Assembly (NCBI GenBank): GCA_036172245.1
Contig: JAYWIR010000005.1
Location: forward strand, 3,534,001 to 3,598,000
Source of the DNA: Raillietiella orientalis
Taxonomy: Eukaryota
Direction: 5' to 3'
DNA: 64,000 nucleotides
Shown here: positions 58,941 through 64,000 of the stretch, in pieces
Layout of the letters: every line of letters begins with the position of its first letter
How positions within the stretch are numbered: position 1 is the stretch's first letter
Program-made: the position numbers and the translations under genes
The notes under the pieces: generated by a model
The model's input: only the letters and a program-made list of their open reading frames with translations
Database searches by the model: none
Told to the model about the DNA's origin: nothing

Positions 58941-61752
58941 AATCCTGGCAGTCCGGATCGGCCAGCTTGCTGGAAGATCAGGGCCAGGAGTACACGGCAC
59001 CTGCCCAAATCCGCGGCCTGCTGCGGAGTTACTACTCCTCCCTGTATGCCAGGGCACCTCCGGAGAGGAACGTCTCATGACTCCTGCTTCCGGAAGGCGC
59101 TCCAGCGATCGGGGAGGAGCAGAGAAAGACCCTCGACGAGCCTTTCACGATGGACGAGATCCTCTCGGCCATCGGAAAGCTCAAGAGGCGGAAGGCTCCA
59201 GGGGAGGACGGCCTGCCCGCGGAGTTTTATCAAACTTTCGCGGCTGAGCTTACCCCCCTGGTGCACCAACTCACCTTGCTTATTCGCGAAACAGGTGACG
59301 TTCCCGCCTCGTTTCGTTCGGCAAATGTGCGGCTCCTCCTTAAGGGAGGAGATCTGAGGAGCATGAACAACTGGCGTCCCATCACAATAGTGAATGCGGA
59401 TGCCAGGTTGCTAGCAAAGGTTTGGGCAGAGAGGTTGAGACGGGTTGCCAACATCTTCATCAGCCCGGAACAGACATATGCTGTTCCCGGGCGAAGCATG
59501 TAGGCGAACCTGTTCCACGCTTCCACCTGGCTAGAGCTCCAACATGAAAGGAGCTTGGTGCGCAGCCGGAATTCCGGTGCGTGCGCCGGCAAGGGGTTGG
59601 ATGGTCGGGTGGGGGAGGGAGCCCTTGCGGTCGCAATCGACTTGCGGAAAGCATTCGATTGCGTCGACCAGAATCTCCTTCTGGAGCTTCTGGAACGCTT
59701 AGGCTTCTTGGCCTCATTAGTGGCCTATCTGCGCTCCTGCTGGCGCGACGCGCTCATCAACGTTACTTTCAGCGGGCAGAACGTGCACGGCGTGCCGGTG
59801 CGGCGTGGGATCCGGCAGGGAGACAGCCTGAGCCCCTTGCTCTTCAGTACCTACTTTGAGTTGGTACTGAGAGCGTACAGGGGAACTCTGGCGCACCTGC
59901 CGCACGATTGTGCCGGTACGCCGGCCGTTTCAGCATACGCGGACGACCTTCTGCTGCTGCTCCCTATGTCCACCCCGGCTACGGCGGTCGAGGAGTTCTT
60001 CGACCTGCTGCATCGAGGAACCGGACTTGCGGTGAACAGGGCGAAGTCGTCCGTGATGCCAGTTGGTGCGGCGTGGGCAGGGCAGCAGGACTGGGTCCGT
60101 TTGGGGATCCCCACGGTGAGGTACTTCAAGTACCTTGGTGTGCCGTTGGGGGACTACTCCTCTGCGGAAGCGTGGTCCGGCTGCCTCCAAAAAGTAGAGA
60201 CGGCGATCGGCCCGTTCCGAGGTGGCAGGTTTTTCCTTCCTGAACGGGCCGCGGTTTGGAACACGTTCGCGGCTCCTCTTCTCCGCCCCCTGCTTTTTGT
60301 TTGTTCCCCCACAGAGAGAATTAAAAAGCGGACAAAGGACCTCCTCCGTATCGCCGTTTGGGGCAACGCGAGGGCCCGAGTCTGCTTAGAGGACTTGTGC
60401 GCTCCTCGTCGGGACGTTGGTCTGGGCCTCCTGACGCTGGAGCGGCTGGAGCTTCAGCTCCAGTTCCGATTGTCGGCACTCGTTCCAGAGTTCTGGTGCA
60501 CCTGTTGATGCGTCCCTGCACGTCTCCTTCTCCAGCAAGTCACTGGCGAGACGGGACTGACGTCGTTTCTTGCACTCCGTCGCCGCGTCAACCGATGCGG
60601 ACTCCAGCTACGGAGGGTGGCTGCGCTGTATCGGAAAAACCCAGGATTGCTCACCTGTCGCCCTTTGAACGGTAGTGCCTGGTTGTAGGAAACCGTTCAA
60701 ACGTGGGGACAGTTCGGCATGCAACGCTCCCAACAGGAACGGAGGTTTCTGTTTGGGGGTTACAGAAGTTGCACGCTTTTCGAGATCCTGGAGGATCCAA
60801 AGAAGAGAGCGTGGGCAGGAAGAACCCCCCTCGACGCTGCGCTGCCCTCCCTGATGGAAGATCTGGACAGCGATGTTGCGGCGAAGTGGGAGGTTTCAGT
60901 TACAATCTCCGGAAAGGAGAAGGAGATAGGAGAGTGGGAGACGGGCCAGTTAACAGACGCTGCGTCCCCGAGTACGCCTCCCAATGGACTTCTGCGCTGG
61001 GGCGCTCTGCTCGTTGTTCCTATTGAACATCTGAAGTGGCCCCCGATTCTTATGAACACTTCCATCTTTCCCCTAAAATGGCAAGAGTCGGCATTCCTGT
61101 TGCAGCACTGGGGACTCCACTGCAACGCCCGCTGTCACCACTGGACCTGGGGAGCGGTGGACCCCAATTGCGTCAGGTGTGGGGAACGGGAGTCCCTCCC
61201 CCACCTGCTAGTGGATTGTGTTGCCCTTCGGCCACTTTGGTTTCGCTTTGCCGCGGCCATCGGAATCCCCTGCGGCAACCCCAGGGACGCACTGAAAGCC
61301 CTCTTCGTTGCCGACGCCCTTCGGCCAGCGGCCTCGTTAGCAGCTCTGTGCTGCTTACGCGGGATCGTCACCGCTTGGAGCAAGGCTACGGGAGGACAAC
61401 GCGACCAGGGTGCCATCCAGCCAGCCTCCCAGTTCCTGAGGAGGGCGTCCCTATGGCCCCACCTGGATCCAGGAATACAGAAGGAGCTTTCCGGCATCCT
61501 GCAAAGGATGCAACGGCCCCACCAGCAACTGTGATCCCTTCCCTTACCCTCCCAACTTTTCTTTTCTTTTTTGTTTTGTTTTTTGTTTTTCGCCCTTCCC
61601 CCTTCTGCCGTGATGGACCGTACCGGTCTGCGTACCGGTGTCCCGGCAGGCTCTGTGTTTCTTCGTGCGTGGCTGGAGCAATGGTCCAGCCACTGCACGT
61701 CTTTGTAAATGTTGGTTTTATAATAAACGCTTCGGCGAAATCCGGGTGAAAA
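58941..61752 (+). mobile_element. Family A 3' half (A4): RT + C-terminal region + 3'UTR
   Basis: ORF2 ends at 61534; terminus AATAAACGCTTCGGCGAAATCCGGGTGAAAA, followed by TCGAACGCCTTA. Confidence 0.9.
61722..61752 (+). terminator. Conserved 3' terminus AATAAA-CGC-N4-GCG-N4-CCGGGT-N3-AA (representative copy)
   Basis: Found at nine 3' ends from six families. Confidence 0.75.
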
Positions 61753-62091
61753 TCGAACGCCTTATGGAGATCGACCGCGATCGCTAGGGCCCCCTTCCCA
61801 GCCCCGGTGTCCATTCCCAGCCCAGCTGGCGGCCCCAAAGTGAGGTTGCCAATCTTTCCGCCAGTGTCATTTAGGCAGCGCTGCACATGGAACCACGTGC
61901 TCGCGAAGAACAGGTTGGCATCCATACTTCGCCCGGGAACAGCGTATGTCTGCTCCGGGCTAATTATGGAGTCTGCCACCTGTCCTAGACGCGAAGCTTA
62001 CAGTCCAGCGACCAGCTTGGCGTCCGTTTTCACAATTGTGATCGGACGCCAGTTTCCTAGGGATCTCAGGTCTCCTCCCTTCGGGAGCAGA
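61753..62091 (-). mobile_element. B/F-like RT fragment (Q), host of A4
   Basis: LLPKGGDL...WRPITIV...AIAVDLHKAFD, cut at the A target site. Confidence 0.88.
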
Positions 62092-62094
62092 CCG

Positions 62095-64000
62095 AAGAAG
62101 AAGAAGCGCAAGGCGCCAGGTGAGGATGGTCTGCCTGCGGAGTTCTTCCAGTGCTTCGCGGCGGAACTCATCCCCCTGGTGCTGAGGCTTTCTGCGCTGA
62201 TGCGAGAGACGGGCAATGTCCCGGCCTCGTTTTGCTCAGCAAGGGTGCGTCTGTTGCCGACAGGCGGAGACATGCGCCATTTAAGCAACTGGCGTCCCAT
62301 CACCTTGGTGAATGCGGACGTCAAGTTGTTCTCCAGGCTGTGGGTCGCGCGCCTGGGCAGGATCGCTGGATCCGTGGTAAGTCCGGAGCAGTCTTACGCT
62401 GTTCCCGGGCGGTCCATGGAGGCGAACCTGTTCTTCGCGCGCACGTGGCTCGAGCTGCAACGCTGCGTGGCGCACGACAGCCAGGCAACCGCGTCTGCGG
62501 CTGCCGAGGCTAGGCGTCACTGCATTCGGCCTGAAGAAGCGCCGGGTGCCTTGGCGGTCGCGGTCGATCTCCGCAAGGCGTTCGATTGCGTAAATCAGGA
62601 TCTCCTGCTGGAGCTCCTGGAACGCCTCGGTCTCCCGGTGCACCTCGTGGCGTATTTGCGCGCTTGCTGGCGCCACGCGCTCATTTCCATCTCTTTTAGC
62701 GGCTGCCACGTGTACGGCGTGCCGGTGCGGCGAGGCATCAGGCAGGGCGACAGCTTAAGCCCGTTGCTCTTCAGCATCTTCTTTGAGTTGGTGCTGAGGG
62801 CAAACAGGCTGACGCTGGCCAATCTGCCGAGCTCTTGTCCAGGAACGCCGTCCGTGGCGGCCTATGCTGACGACCTGCTTCTCCTCTTACCCATGACCAC
62901 CCCGGCGTCCAGTCTCGAGGATTTCTTCGAGCTGATTCGCTGGGGAGCGGGCATGAGCGTCAACCGGAGCAAGAGCGTGGTCGTACCTATTGGTGCGGCG
63001 TGGGAGGGGCAGTCCGACTGGATCCGCCTGGGGATCCCGACCGCTTCCTCCGTGAAATATCTGGGCGTTCCGCTGGGGAACATCAGCCCAATGGAAGTGT
63101 GGTCGGACTGCCTTCGGAAGGCTTCGAATGCCCTGAGCCCGTTCCACCATGGCAGGTTCGTCCTGCCGGAGCGCGCCACGATATGGAAAACCTTCGTTGC
63201 CCCTCTCTTGCGCCCCCTGCTTTTTGTTTGCCCTCCCCCCTACTCGGCCAAGCTCCAGGCGCACAGCCTGTTGAGGAACGCTCTGTGGGGACCTGCGAGG
63301 TCCAGGATCCGCCTCAAAGACTTGGCGGCTCCGCGTCGGGATGCTGGCTTAGGCATCCTGACGCTGGAGAGAATCGAGCTGCAGGTGCAGCTTCGGATGT
63401 TGGCCCTGTGCGCCAACCTTTGGTCCACTCCGTGGTGCGCTCCCGCGCGCCTGCTTCTGCAGCGCTGCACAGGCAGCGATGGACTTCTGTCGCTGCGGCC
63501 GCACACGGAGCGCGCCACGAGAAGCTTCGGTTTCCCCTTGAAACCGCTGTATCGGCTCCTGGAAGCCCAGGGATGGATCTCCTGCCGCCCAACGAACTTT
63601 AAAGCCTGGCGGCAGGAACCGTTGCATGGCTGGGCAAAGCACCAGGATGTTTCCCTCCTGGAACTCCGTTGCGCTCACCTCTCCCCGTACTGCACGGTGG
63701 ATGAGGTGTGCAACAGCCAGGAGAAGTGGACCCGCCTGGCCGTCACCCCCCTCGAAGACGCACTGTCAGCCCTCAGGGCAAGAGATGACAGTTGCGAACC
63801 GGCGAGATGGGAGGTCGCCTGCACCATCGCAGGAACAACGCGACCTATTGGCGGCTGGAAGACTTGCGAGCTGGCGGACGCCGCCACACCTCGCCACGTT
63901 CCGAAGGGACTCCTTCGGTGGAGCGAACACTTGAGTGTGCCCCTTGAAGAACTTGTGGTTCCTCCCTCGTGTCTGAACACTTCTGTGTTCCCCCTTTCGT
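62095..64000 (+). mobile_element. 5'-truncated element C2, running off the window end
   Basis: KAPGEDG...DLRKAFD...YADD; from ~62735 nearly identical to C1; TGA at 62587-62589 region not seen, frame appears largely open. Confidence 0.9.

Overview
No host gene is recognisable. The whole 64 kb is a deeply nested cluster of eukaryotic L1/Tx1-like non-LTR retrotransposons: ORF1 is gag-like with CCHC zinc knuckles; ORF2 carries an APE endonuclease, a reverse transcriptase with YADD and a C-terminal Cys/His finger. I resolve about 20 copies or fragments from roughly 10 related families (my working labels A-H, K-Q) plus one divergent L1 (J). The main finding is that nesting is not random: each family sits at its own fixed site inside the coding sequence of sister elements. 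A inserts antisense in the RT DxxKAFD motif (6 junctions), B antisense in RT NADAKL, D sense in the APE GDFN motif and F sense in A-ORF1. TSDs are 9-15 bp, and one nest forms a closed loop A-in-D-in-F-in-A. The families also share a 5' GGACGTG motif, a hairpin over the ORF1 stop/ORF2 start (TAATG, or TAACA with no AUG), a covarying 3'UTR stem-loop with a CUGCGW loop, and a precise terminus without poly(A): AATAAA-CGC-N4-GCG-N3/4-CCGGGT-N3-AA. All alignments were done by eye; boundaries marked ~ are approximate.
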